A stretch of DNA of 64,000 nt from Alphaproteobacteria bacterium (GTDB taxonomy: Bacteria > Pseudomonadota > Alphaproteobacteria > MPNO01 > UBA830). The stretch lies in contig OZ251539.1 in assembly GCA_965243135.1 (NCBI GenBank), positions 992,001 to 1,056,000 on the forward strand, written 5' to 3'. Position 1 is the first letter of the stretch. Every line of letters starts with the position of its first letter. Both the position numbers and the translations under genes were made by a program. Shown here in pieces: positions 41,284 through 50,834 of the stretch. The notes beneath the pieces are model-generated. The model was not told the origin of the DNA. It made no database searches and saw only the letters and a list, made by a program, of their open reading frames with translations.

Positions 41284-42765
41284 ATGGGCCAGAATTTTCC
41301 CCCTGATTTATCTTCGCAATTTAATGATCCTTTAATCACGTTTTCCGACGCCAAATCATTGGAACAAAAGACTCTTGCGATTAAAGGGTTAATGAAAGGA
41401 GGAGCGATTCATGCTGCGCATAAGGATTTGCGTTTTTCGAAAGGATTGAACGAAACAATCAATCGTTTAAATTCCACAAAAGACGCTAAGGAAATACTAT
41501 TGTCTCTTGCTATATTGTCTCGTGTTGCGAATCGAATCAAACCCTATAAGGAGGGGTTAAAACCGCAAATCAATGCTATTTTGCGAAATGCACCGCCACC
41601 TTTATCGATCCTAGATGAAGCGGAGGACAGAGCATATGTCGCACAATCTTTAAGATATTGGGCAACAGGCGATTGGATAGTTTCTTATGTAGCGCTCTGT
41701 ATAGTAAATGAGGAGACAGGTGAAAAAGTAAGATCCGAACTTATTCGTACTTTATTTTGCGAATCTCAGGATCTTACGATTGCATTTAAGGAAATTCAAC
41801 GACAGCTCGTATCTTGGGAACCGAAAACTGAATCACCGGGGGACAGCGTTGCGAGACGACTAAAGCGGATTTTCAGTAGTATGCGCCGGGAAATATTAAG
41901 TATTGAAAAGCCTTCTGGTAGTGAAATTGGTACGGCTATTAACAGCATAATTGTTGATTCTTTTCGCAAAACCGATCCTCCTAGGGATCGAAAGGTTGCG
42001 ATTGATTTTGTGGCAGAAACAGCTTTTCTCATTCATGATGTTATTCGAACTAATTTTTCCATAGCATCAATTAGCTCCACATATTTGCCATTAACGACAC
42101 TATCTCGTTGGTTTGCGCCGATCTCGTGGCCTCAAGCTACCCGCTCAGCTCTTCAGAAGTTATCGCAAGATATACAAGAAGCTATTTTGATGAAAGCTAG
42201 GCAAGGTCTTCCGGACGACGAATTGCTAAAATTTTTAACTTTGATTGAAGGATCACGGACGGTGGCTCTGCGGCTCACCTCTCAAATTGCTGATCGCACA
42301 CCCAGTCTCAATAAAGAAATGACGCAGTGGTTACGTCGCGGAAGAGTTACAAAGAATGTTGATAGCACAGAAATAGTGGCGGAAAACAGTTTCCTTGCAT
42401 CCGACACTGCTTTAGCGTTCTTATTGTTGGATAGTTTTCGGTTGGTTGAATTACTTGAGGCCGATAGCCAAGATATACTCACCGAAATGCGTATTTTCAA
42501 TCCTGAGCTAGAAGAGATGGTCAAAAAGATACTTGAGCTTTCTGGTGCGCTTACGAAAGGGGTCGAAGCATTAGCGAAAAGAAGATCCTTATTTTGTCGA
42601 GGAGAAATTGGCAATATAGTAGATTATTCGTCGTTGGAGCAAGAGCCTGTCTCTGGTTCCGTTGTGGGCGCTACCAAGGTGCGTGTTATACGACCGCTTG
42701 TCGAACGTATCCGGAGCGATCAAGTTCCCGAAATTGTGGTCAAAGCAATAGTCAATCGTGCTTGA
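41284..42765 (+). CDS. hypothetical helical protein with a GrpE-like C-terminal region
   Basis: 493-aa ORF in AT-rich DNA; C-terminus ...GVEALAKRRSL..GEIGNIVDYSSLEQEPV...VRVIRPLV...IVVKAIV resembles the GrpE helix plus beta domain. Confidence 0.75.
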   Translation: MGQNFPPDLSSQFNDPLITFSDAKSLEQKTLAIKGLMKGGAIHAAHKDLRFSKGLNETINRLNSTKDAKEILLSLAILSRVANRIKPYKEGLKPQINAILRNAPPPLSILDEAEDRAYVAQSLRYWATGDWIVSYVALCIVNEETGEKVRSELIRTLFCESQDLTIAFKEIQRQLVSWEPKTESPGDSVARRLKRIFSSMRREILSIEKPSGSEIGTAINSIIVDSFRKTDPPRDRKVAIDFVAETAFLIHDVIRTNFSIASISSTYLPLTTLSRWFAPISWPQATRSALQKLSQDIQEAILMKARQGLPDDELLKFLTLIEGSRTVALRLTSQIADRTPSLNKEMTQWLRRGRVTKNVDSTEIVAENSFLASDTALAFLLLDSFRLVELLEADSQDILTEMRIFNPELEEMVKKILELSGALTKGVEALAKRRSLFCRGEIGNIVDYSSLEQEPVSGSVVGATKVRVIRPLVERIRSDQVPEIVVKAIVNRA

Positions 42766-42816
42766 CGAGTTGGAATCCCCCTTGAATCAGCAAATTAGCT
42801 TGCAAAGGAAGAGAGC

Positions 42817-44496
42817 ATGAACACAAACAACGCCAAGATAATTCTTGAAAATCTCTTGGAGCGGATTGAAAATAATCCCCAAACAGGGAGAAAGACTCTT
42901 CCTGGGATAATTTCTGATCGTGAGTATGCAGCGATTGATTTTGCCATCAATGTGCTAAGGAAAACTAGTCCTGATGAGAATTATGAAGAACACCCTATAT
43001 CGACAATAAGCGAGACCTCAACCGGTTCAACGGCCCAGCTGGAGCTACGATGCCTCGATTATATTAAGCCGGAAGACCCCAATGTTATACTCTGTATAGA
43101 TTTTGGAACCGCGATGTCAAAGGCTGTCGTGACCAAGGACGCCGATGACGAGATATTGCCTTTGCCGTTGGGGCGAAAATCTGGCGAGCCTGTTTTAGTT
43201 TTTCCTATGTCTTCCACGTTGTTTATTTCACGCACGGGTCGAATATATTTCGGATATTCGGCGATTAGAGAAAGCTTGGCGGAGGAATCAAAAGGAGGTC
43301 TATCACGCAAAGAAAGCCGATCACGCTTTGACTCTTCGAAACAACGTTTAAGTCAGGGGATGTTGGCTGATCCTTCCAGACGAAATGTTGATGAAACAAT
43401 AAATCCCACCGAGTATACCTTTACTGAGGGTGATTTGATTTTGCTAATCTTATCTTTCTTAACCGATCTTGCCTGCACAGAACTCGAAGAGAAGGGCATA
43501 TCACGATATGTTCGGAGGCGTTTTGCCATGCCATTTTGGAGCGGAGATAGAGCGGAGTGGGCGAAGTCTTATATGACAAAGCTGTTAGCAAAGGCGCAGA
43601 TAGTTGCTGATACATTTTCTGGCCAGTGGGCAAATGGTTTAGAAGCGGAAAGAGTACAACGAATATTGAACGATGTCAATAATTGCGAAAAATTTCCTGA
43701 ATACTTAATTGATAATCCGGTTTTTGAGGCAGCAGCTGCAGCAAGTAGTAGTTTTCCATATGGATCGGGAAAACGGGAATTGTATATGATAATGGATGTT
43801 GGTGCTGGAACGGTTGATTACGGATTATATGCCGTTGTCACTCCTAAGAATGACACGAAGAAGCCGAAAATATTTCAAGCTAAAGGAACCATGTTGGCAT
43901 TAAGAAAAGGGGGAGATACTATAGACGGGATTTTGAGGCTATTTATTTTGGAGAGAGAAAGAATTAACGAGAAGGATGCGGATTTTGACTATATCGACCG
44001 TGATCTGAAATTGAGGATTCGGACTCTGAAAGAAAATCTATTTCAACAAGGAGCAGTTACCTATAATCTTTCTAATGATTCCGTTGGGGAGGTTGTTCTA
44101 GAAGATTTTTTGGCGGACCGAAGAATGACTGAATTGGAACGAGTTTTTCGAGAAAGTTTCGAGAAATCTTTGATGAATGCTGAACCTTCATGGATAACAA
44201 AATTATCTCAATCTAGGCTTACGGTTGTTTTGACGGGTGGTGGTGCGCGATTGCCAATACTGACAGGTTTGAGTACCTCATCCTTTAAAGTTCACGGTGT
44301 AAATCTGCAATGTAAAGGCACAGCAGTTGTACCGGAGTGGTTTACTGAAAAATATAGCGAATGGGAGACCGAATTTCCTCAGTTGGCTGTTGCTATAGGA
44401 GGGGCGGAGGAGGATCCGCCTGATATATGCAGAGAATATGGAGAAATCGGAATATCAGATACAAAAATTGTTGGGCTTAAGCCTGAGTATAAATAG
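42817..44496 (+). CDS. divergent Hsp70/actin-fold ATPase lacking a substrate-binding domain
   Basis: CIDFGTAMSK (phosphate 1), FEAAAAA (connect 1), MDVGAGTVD (phosphate 2), GGDTID, VLTGGGARLP (adenosine); RBS AAGGAAGAG. Confidence 0.88.
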   Translation: MNTNNAKIILENLLERIENNPQTGRKTLPGIISDREYAAIDFAINVLRKTSPDENYEEHPISTISETSTGSTAQLELRCLDYIKPEDPNVILCIDFGTAMSKAVVTKDADDEILPLPLGRKSGEPVLVFPMSSTLFISRTGRIYFGYSAIRESLAEESKGGLSRKESRSRFDSSKQRLSQGMLADPSRRNVDETINPTEYTFTEGDLILLILSFLTDLACTELEEKGISRYVRRRFAMPFWSGDRAEWAKSYMTKLLAKAQIVADTFSGQWANGLEAERVQRILNDVNNCEKFPEYLIDNPVFEAAAAASSSFPYGSGKRELYMIMDVGAGTVDYGLYAVVTPKNDTKKPKIFQAKGTMLALRKGGDTIDGILRLFILERERINEKDADFDYIDRDLKLRIRTLKENLFQQGAVTYNLSNDSVGEVVLEDFLADRRMTELERVFRESFEKSLMNAEPSWITKLSQSRLTVVLTGGGARLPILTGLSTSSFKVHGVNLQCKGTAVVPEWFTEKYSEWETEFPQLAVAIGGAEEDPPDICREYGEIGISDTKIVGLKPEYK

Positions 44497-44612
44497 AGCC
44501 GAGTATCATCTATTTCTCTAATTTTCATTGGGTGGGTATCAAGCAGAAGGACGGTAGGCTACAATGCCCCCTGGGGCGACGGATTTGCGGGTGCGGCTTG
44601 GAGAAGGGGCAA

Positions 44613-45605
44613 ATGCAGAACGACATTCATCTCACCATGGCGACATGGGATTACGACCATATCCGCGACATCGCGTCGGGCGCAGTCAAGCCGAAGGGCA
44701 TCAGGATCACCCACCTGGAGATGGAGGTCGAGGAGATCTTCTACCGCTTCGCAAAATCCTTCGAATGGGACGTTTCGGAGCTTTCCTTCGCGAAGTACTG
44801 CTCGATCCTGTCCCAAGACGCCCCGCCGATCACCGGCATACCCGTCTTCGTCAGCCGCGTCTTCCGCCATTCGGCGTTCTACGTCTGGAGGGGGAGCGGC
44901 GTCGAGAAACCCGAAGATCTGCGCGGCGGCCGGGTCGGGATACCGGAGTGGTCGCAGACGGCGACGGTTTACGCGCGCGGCTGGCTGCATCACCAGGCTG
45001 GCGTGAAGCTTGACGAGGTGGAGTGGGTGCAGGCGGGAGTCGACGCTCCCGGGCGGCTCGAGATGGCGACGCTCAAGCTGCCGGAAGGCGTCAAGTATAC
45101 GCAGGTTCCCGACCGGTCGCTGTCCGAAATGCTTGGCGACGGGACGATCGATTGCATGATATCGGCGCATGCGCCGCAGGCGTTCGAGACGGGAGAGATC
45201 GTGCGTCTGATTCCCGATTATCGAGACGCCGAGGAACGGTATTTCGAAGAGACCGGCATCTTTCCGATCATGCACACGATCGCCATCCGGCGAGATGCGT
45301 ACGAGAATCATCCCTGGATTGCGCGCAACCTGATGACGGCGTTCGAAGAGGCGCGCGACCGCAGCGTTGCGCGAATCACCAGCGTCACTGCGTCGCAGAT
45401 CCCCGTGCCCTGGGGCTACGAGAACGCCGGGCGCATCGGGCGGAAGGTGTTCGGCGACGGCGGGTTGTGGCCCTACGGGATCGAAGCCAACCGGACCACG
45501 ATCGAAGCGTTTCTCCAATACTGCCACGAACAGGGCGTTTGCCATCGCAGACTCGCTCCGGAAGATCTCTACGCTCCGGAAGCTCTGACGGAGTACGTGA
45601 TATGA
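44613..45605 (+). CDS. 4,5-dihydroxyphthalate decarboxylase-like / periplasmic-binding-fold protein
   Basis: YDH, DVSELS, PVFVSRVFRHS, DLRGGRVGIPEWSQTA, GIFPIMH, WPYGIEANR, QG motifs. Confidence 0.85.
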   Translation: MQNDIHLTMATWDYDHIRDIASGAVKPKGIRITHLEMEVEEIFYRFAKSFEWDVSELSFAKYCSILSQDAPPITGIPVFVSRVFRHSAFYVWRGSGVEKPEDLRGGRVGIPEWSQTATVYARGWLHHQAGVKLDEVEWVQAGVDAPGRLEMATLKLPEGVKYTQVPDRSLSEMLGDGTIDCMISAHAPQAFETGEIVRLIPDYRDAEERYFEETGIFPIMHTIAIRRDAYENHPWIARNLMTAFEEARDRSVARITSVTASQIPVPWGYENAGRIGRKVFGDGGLWPYGIEANRTTIEAFLQYCHEQGVCHRRLAPEDLYAPEALTEYVI

Positions 45606-45638
45606 AGTTCGTGACGCAGGCGAAACGGAGGTCGAGCA

Positions 45639-46175
45639 ATGCTTGGAAGAATCGGAGCGGCGCTGTTCGCCGCATTGGCGATGGGAGCGGCCCAGGCGGC
45701 CGACAAGAATGACATGCTGTATCTCGAAACGCAGCACGGCAAGGTCGTAATCGAAATGCGCCCGGATCTCGCGCCGCGCCATGTCGAGCGCATCCGGGAA
45801 CTCGTCAGGCAGAAGTTCTACGACGGATTGAAGTTTCACCGGGTGATCGACGGATTCATGGCCCAGACGGGAGATCCGAGGGGAGACGGAACGGGCGGTT
45901 CGGGGCAGAAGCTGCCTCCCGAATTCTCCTCCGAAAAGCATGTGCGCGGCGTCGTGTCGATGGCGCGGGCCGCCGATCCGGCGAGCGCGGACAGCCAGTT
46001 CTTTATCGTGCTTGCGGATGCCCCGTGGCTGGATGGACAGTACACGATCTGGGGCATGGTTACGGAAGGCATGGAGCATGTCGACCGGATCAAGAAAGGA
46101 GACAGGCAGCGCAACGGCGTGGTTCGCGATCCCGACAGCATCGTGACCTTGCGCGTGGCGGCCGATGTCGAATAG
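45639..46175 (+). CDS. cyclophilin-type peptidyl-prolyl cis-trans isomerase (exported)
   Basis: signal peptide, FYDGLKFHRVIDGFMAQTGDP, SMAR, SQFFI, WLDGQYT. Confidence 0.95.
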   Translation: MLGRIGAALFAALAMGAAQAADKNDMLYLETQHGKVVIEMRPDLAPRHVERIRELVRQKFYDGLKFHRVIDGFMAQTGDPRGDGTGGSGQKLPPEFSSEKHVRGVVSMARAADPASADSQFFIVLADAPWLDGQYTIWGMVTEGMEHVDRIKKGDRQRNGVVRDPDSIVTLRVAADVE

Positions 46176-46734
46176 AGGGATTATTCGGAACGTTTGAATG
46201 AAGCGCGGGCTCGCTCCGCCCTGTCATCCCCCTATCAACTTCGATCCCGTTGGAACGCCTGAAGCGGCCGTTTGCCGGCTGACGCTCTTTCGTCCCGGCA
46301 TACCCGGCGCGAAAGGCCGTGCTCCGGCCGTTCGGCCGGATGTCATACGCCATCGAGAGGCCGCGGCGGCCATGGCCGGGCACGGCGCATGCACCCGGAG
46401 TGGTGTTGCAAGCCATTGCTCTATCCCGCGCTGCGTTTCCAATACGACCATGTTGGTTCCTTCGGGGAGACGTAAGCGTTCGGTCGTGGGGTGACGTTGT
46501 TGAGGTCCCTCCTCCAGTTCCGCTGCAGGGGCTTCAGCGTCCTTGACCGGGAGAGCGCGTTCTTTCCCCGGGTGCTGCCGCGGCCCTTGAGCAACTCAAG
46601 GGCGGCTTCTACGCTGCGCGACGGCGACGATTCGAACCGCGTCCGCCGACCGGACGGAGCCATGCTGAACTTACCGGCTTGGCTATGCAGTGGCACGGTC
46701 CCAAGAGATAGCTTGCTCGTAGGTAAGCAAACTT

Positions 46735-47343
46735 CTACTTCGGTCGTTCGAACGCTGCGCGCGCGCGTTCGGCGGCGGCGCGGGCGAAACATCCTTCCAA
46801 GTGACCGTTGACCATGCCCATGGCCTGCATGAACGCGTAAGCAATCGTCGGGCCGACGAACGACCAGCCGCGCTTCTTGAGTTCCTTCGACAGCGCCGTC
46901 GATTCGGAGGTTTTCGCGGGCAGGGGGCGCTGCGGCGGATGGGCGTGAGGTTCCCATTTCCAGAAGAAGGCGCCGAGCGAGCCGCATTCTTCGGCGAGAT
47001 CGCAGGCGCAGCGTGCATTGTTGATCGCGGATTCGATCTTTCCGCGATGACGCACGATGCCGGCGTCGGCCATCAGGCGTTCGATGTCGCGCGGGCCGAA
47101 GCCCGCAATCCTCGCGAAGTCGAAATCCGCGAAGGCGGTCCGGAAATTCTCGCGTTTTCGCAGGATCGTCAGCCACAAGAGGCCGGACTGGAAACCCGAG
47201 AGGCAAATTTCTTCGAACAGGCGCGCGTCGTCGGCGACGGGTACGCCCCAATCTTCGTCATGGTAAGCCCGAAGGTCTGCATGACCTTCGGCCCATCGGC
47301 ATCGCAACCTGCCATCGTCTCCACTGATCGGCCCATGAGGCAT
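46735..47343 (-). CDS. tag: DNA-3-methyladenine glycosylase I, divergent duplicate
   Basis: RCRW, YHDEDWG, FVGPT motifs, but LSGFQSGLLW and VNGH in place of LEGFQSGLSW and VNDH. Confidence 0.85.
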   Translation of the reverse strand: MPHGPISGDDGRLRCRWAEGHADLRAYHDEDWGVPVADDARLFEEICLSGFQSGLLWLTILRKRENFRTAFADFDFARIAGFGPRDIERLMADAGIVRHRGKIESAINNARCACDLAEECGSLGAFFWKWEPHAHPPQRPLPAKTSESTALSKELKKRGWSFVGPTIAYAFMQAMGMVNGHLEGCFARAAAERARAAFERPK

Positions 47344-47394
47344 CGTCGTTCCATCGTCTGGGGCCCTGTGGCCCGGCGGGTCGCGGGCCGAAGA

Positions 47395-48003
47395 CTACCT
47401 CGGTCGTTCGAACGCGGCGCGCGCGCGTTCGACGGCGGCGCGGGCGAAACATCCTTCCAGGTGATCGTTGACCATGCCCATGGCCTGCATGAATGCGTAA
47501 GCGGTCGTCGGGCCGACGAACGACCAGCCGCGCTTCTTGAGTTCCTTCGACAGCGCTGTCGATTCGGGGGTTTTCGCGGGCAGGGGGCGTTGCGGCGGAT
47601 GGGCGGGAGGTTCCCATTTCCAGAAGAAGGCGCCGAGCGAGCCGCATTCTTCGGCGAGGTCGCAGGCGCGGCGTGCGTTGTTGATCGTGGATTCGATCTT
47701 TCCGCGATGACGCACGATGCCGGCGTCGGCCATCAGGCGTTCGATGTCTCGCGAACCGAAGCCCGCAATCCTCGCGAAGTCGAAATCCGCGAAAGCGGCC
47801 CGGAAATTATCGCGTTTCCGCAGGATCGTCAGCCACGAGAGGCCCGACTGAAATCCTTCGAGGCAGATTTTTTCGAACAGGCGGCGGTCATCGGCAACCG
47901 GTACGCCCCACTCTTCGTCATGGTAGGCCCGATAGTCGGCATGACCCTCGGGCCACTGGCATCGCAACTTGCCATCGTCTCCACTGATCACGCCGTGAGA
48001 CAT
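47395..48003 (-). CDS. tag: DNA-3-methyladenine glycosylase I
   Basis: RCQW, YHDEEWG, LEGFQSGLSW, FVGPTTAYAFMQAMGMVNDHLEGC. Confidence 0.93.
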   Translation of the reverse strand: MSHGVISGDDGKLRCQWPEGHADYRAYHDEEWGVPVADDRRLFEKICLEGFQSGLSWLTILRKRDNFRAAFADFDFARIAGFGSRDIERLMADAGIVRHRGKIESTINNARRACDLAEECGSLGAFFWKWEPPAHPPQRPLPAKTPESTALSKELKKRGWSFVGPTTAYAFMQAMGMVNDHLEGCFARAAVERARAAFERPR

Positions 48004-48083
48004 CTTCGTTCCTTCGTCCGTGTCTTCGAGAGTTTACACGAGATCGAGTCGCTCGACGGTCTTTCGCCCAGCGCTGGTGCCGC

Positions 48084-48419
48084 TCACCCGACGGCGAGGA
48101 AGCGGGACAGCCCGTCTATCACCGCCTTGCTGTCGCGCTTCGACAGTGCGCCGACCCTGCGGCGGATCAGGTTGTCGTCGAGCGTGAAGAGTTTGAGGCG
48201 AACCTTGCAGGGAACGTTGAGGCCAGCCCGACGCCAGTCCCGAAGCGTCACGTCGCTCGGCCACTCGCTCGTGGCCGAGGTAATCATGGCAAGTATTGAT
48301 TGCTCGTGCGTCTCGTTGAAGTTCGCCGATGAAACGACCAGCGCCGGACGGCGCTTCGTCGACTGCCGATCGGTAAAAGGAAAGGGGACGACGACGATGT
48401 CGAACGGCTTAGAGGTCAC
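48084..48419 (-). CDS. PemK/MazF family toxin
   Basis: DIVVVPFPFTD...KRRPALVVS and AMITS motifs; overlaps the antitoxin gene. Confidence 0.9.
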   Translation of the reverse strand: MTSKPFDIVVVPFPFTDRQSTKRRPALVVSSANFNETHEQSILAMITSATSEWPSDVTLRDWRRAGLNVPCKVRLKLFTLDDNLIRRRVGALSKRDSKAVIDGLSRFLAVG

Positions 48420-48633
48420 GCCACGCTTCTTCGTCTTCGGACGAGACCCACTCTCCCAGCACCTCAGAGAGACCGTGCAAGTAGTCGTCTCGCCGAGACG
48501 TCACCTTGCGTATCACCACGTGATCGCCCTCTACCTCGAAGGCGAGCGTATCTCCCTCGCGGAGATTGGCCGCCTCGCGGATGCCCTTCGGAATCGTCGT
48601 TTGTCCGCGAGCGGTGATCTTGGCGGTCTCCAT
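48409..48633 (-). CDS. AbrB/MazE family antitoxin
   Basis: AKITARGQTTIPKGIRE...LREGD motif; acidic tail EWVSSEDEEAWRDL. Confidence 0.9.
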   Translation of the reverse strand: METAKITARGQTTIPKGIREAANLREGDTLAFEVEGDHVVIRKVTSRRDDYLHGLSEVLGEWVSSEDEEAWRDL

Positions 48634-48643
48634 CCGTTCGAAT

Positions 48644-48669
48644 TTCCTGATATTCTGAATAAACAGAAA
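48644..48669. promoter_or_regulatory. putative TA operator (imperfect inverted repeat)
   Basis: CTGATATTC-T-GAATAAACAG just upstream of the antitoxin start in an AT-rich patch. Confidence 0.35.
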
Positions 48670-48748
48670 ATAAGATAAATTGGATCAGGATGCAATTCCT
48701 TCCCGCGCGATCCATGCTCTTGGCTGATTCGGCGGCCGGCGTTTCCTG

Positions 48749-50074
48749 ATGAACCGCGAAAGCCACCGGCGAGTCTGGCGAATCGCCGGGCCGATAATCG
48801 TTTCCAATATATCCGTACCGCTGTTGGGCGCGGTCGACACCTTCGTCATGGGGCATCTTCCGGAACCGAAATTTCTCGGCGCCGTCGCGGTCGGCGCCAT
48901 GATCTTTTCTTTTCTGTATTGGGGATTCGGTTTCCTGCGCATGGGCACGGGCGGTCTGACGGCCCAGGCGCTCGGCGCGGGCGACGGAGACGAGGTGCGG
49001 GCCTGCCTCGCGCGGGCGGCGGTCGTCGGACTCCCGGCGGCGCTGATCCTGATCCTGCTGCAGTATCCGATCGCCCTCGTCGCTTTCGCGATGGTGGAGG
49101 CCTCCGACGCGGTGGAGGAACTCGCCCGGCGGTACTTCTTCGTGCGCATATGGGGCGCTCCGGCGACGCTGATCAATTTTGCGTTGCTCGGATGGTTCAT
49201 AGGCGTGCAGCGCGCGCGTTCCGCCTTGTGGCATCAGCTCTGGCTCAACGGAGTGAATATCTTCCTCGACATTGTTTTCGTCGTGGGTTTCGGATGGGAC
49301 GTCGAAGGAGTCGCGGCGGCGACCGTCGCCGCCGAGGTCAGCGCCGTGGCGTTCGGCCTCTGGCTCGTAAGGCCGATCTTGCCGCGAGTCGGGGGCGCTT
49401 TCGTTCGGGCCCGGATTCTCGACGCCGCGCGGTTGCGGACGACGATGGCGCTCAACGCGGACATTTTCGTCAGGACGATCTGCCTCGTCTTCGCGTTCGC
49501 ATGGTTCACCGTTCAGGGCGCGAAGTTCGGCGATGCGGTGCTGGCTGCCAACGCGGTATTGCTCAACTTCCAGACGTTCATGGCGCATGCGCTCGACGGT
49601 TTCGCGCATTCGGCCGAGGCGCTGGGCGGACGCGCAGTCGGCGCTCGCGACCGGCGCGCGTTTCGCGACGCGGTATTCGCGTCGGCCTGCTGGGCGGTCG
49701 TCGTCGCCGCCGGGTTCTGCGTGGTCTACGGCGTCGCCGGCGGACTGCTGATCGATTTGTTGACGACGATCGAGGAAGTGCGCGGAACCGCTCGCGCTCA
49801 CCTCGTCTGGTCGGCCGTCATGCCGCTCGTCGCGGTATTCCCCTTTCTGTTCGACGGCGTGTTTCTCGGCGCAACGCACGGCCGCGCCATGCGGAACGCC
49901 ATGATCGTCTCGGTCGGGATCTATCTGGCCGCCTGCCAGGCGTTCGTTCCGCTCTGGGGAAACCACGGTCTGTGGGCGGCGCTTCTCGCGTTCATGGGCG
50001 CACGGGGAATCACGTTGGGCGTACGCTATGGGGCGCTCGAGAGATCCGTCGGACAACCGGCGCATCCATCCTGA
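48749..50074 (+). CDS. MATE family efflux transporter (DinF-like)
   Basis: PIIVSNISVPLLGAVDT, FGFLRMGTGGLTAQA, NIFLD, LDGFA motifs. Confidence 0.92.
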   Translation: MNRESHRRVWRIAGPIIVSNISVPLLGAVDTFVMGHLPEPKFLGAVAVGAMIFSFLYWGFGFLRMGTGGLTAQALGAGDGDEVRACLARAAVVGLPAALILILLQYPIALVAFAMVEASDAVEELARRYFFVRIWGAPATLINFALLGWFIGVQRARSALWHQLWLNGVNIFLDIVFVVGFGWDVEGVAAATVAAEVSAVAFGLWLVRPILPRVGGAFVRARILDAARLRTTMALNADIFVRTICLVFAFAWFTVQGAKFGDAVLAANAVLLNFQTFMAHALDGFAHSAEALGGRAVGARDRRAFRDAVFASACWAVVVAAGFCVVYGVAGGLLIDLLTTIEEVRGTARAHLVWSAVMPLVAVFPFLFDGVFLGATHGRAMRNAMIVSVGIYLAACQAFVPLWGNHGLWAALLAFMGARGITLGVRYGALERSVGQPAHPS

Positions 50075-50162
50075 ACGGCTCCCGGCCGTGGGCCTCGAAG
50101 CGCGGAATTCCAATTCCCGGTGCGATGCTCTACCATTCGCCCGCCTTACGGGAGGGAAGCGC

Positions 50163-50834
50163 ATGATCGACGGTCCACACGATGCGGCAGATGTCGCGGT
50201 CTACGCGAAACAGGGTTTCGGCAACCGAATTGGCTTCGGCAGGTCGCCCGCGCTGTTGATCATCGATTTCATCAACGGCTTCAACGATCCCGATCAGTTC
50301 GGCGGCGGCAGCATCCAGGAAGCCATCGACAGAACCGCCGAACTGCTCGGCGTCGCGCGTCACATGGATCTGCCCGTCGTCTACACGGCCCACGTCTACG
50401 CCGAAGACGGCAGCGAGGACGGTATCTTCAACCTTAAATCGCCCGGGCTGGCGAAACTGAAACGCGGGTCTCGCGAGGTTCAGGTGGTGGACGAACTCGA
50501 ACCGCGCGCCGGCGAGCGCGTTCTCGAAAAACATTATCCGTCCGGTTTTTGCAACACCGACCTTGGAGCCTGGCTTGCACGGCGGGGGGTCGATACCGCG
50601 ATCGTCACCGGCTGCACGACTTCGGGCTGCGTGCGCGCGACAGTGGTCGATGCGATGTCGAACGGTTTCCGGCCGATCGTGCCGCGGGAATGCTCTGGAG
50701 ATCGGGCAACGGGACCGCACGAAGCCAACCTGTTCGACATCGACCAGAAATACGGAGATGTCATGCCGCTCGAAGAGGTCATGAGGGAACTCGAGGAACT
50801 TGCGCCCGGACAGGCGGGGAGGGCGTCGTCATGA
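50163..50834 (+). CDS. isochorismatase-family amidohydrolase (maleamate/N-carbamoylsarcosine amidase-like)
   Basis: PALLIIDF, K, GCTTSGCVRATVVDA catalytic motifs; KYGDV. Confidence 0.9.
   Translation: MIDGPHDAADVAVYAKQGFGNRIGFGRSPALLIIDFINGFNDPDQFGGGSIQEAIDRTAELLGVARHMDLPVVYTAHVYAEDGSEDGIFNLKSPGLAKLKRGSREVQVVDELEPRAGERVLEKHYPSGFCNTDLGAWLARRGVDTAIVTGCTTSGCVRATVVDAMSNGFRPIVPRECSGDRATGPHEANLFDIDQKYGDVMPLEEVMRELEELAPGQAGRASS

Larger units (their letters stand above)
40800..44560. other. AT-rich horizontally acquired island
   Basis: abrupt drop in GC (line 41401-41460 counts 26/60 G+C) against much more GC-rich flanks; A/T-ending codons; boundaries approximate. Confidence 0.85.
46735..48020. repeat. 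660-bp-period tandem gene duplication (tag x2)
   Basis: near-identical sequence at 46735-47360 and 47395-48020. Confidence 0.92.

Noticed and set aside
42817-44496. Calling this gene dnaK, hscA or mreB
   Set aside because: No substrate-binding domain, highly diverged motifs, foreign composition and no housekeeping context
40776-44609. Similar sequences at the island ends (GGCTTGGGAGAACGG and GGCTTGGAGAAGGGG) as att sites or target duplication
   Set aside because: Short and imperfect, with no integrase, transposase or tRNA nearby; compatible with chance
46176-46734. 560-bp gap with short ORFs between the cyclophilin and tag genes
   Set aside because: No recognisable protein motif, RNA structure or terminal repeats; possibly decayed sequence but not supportable
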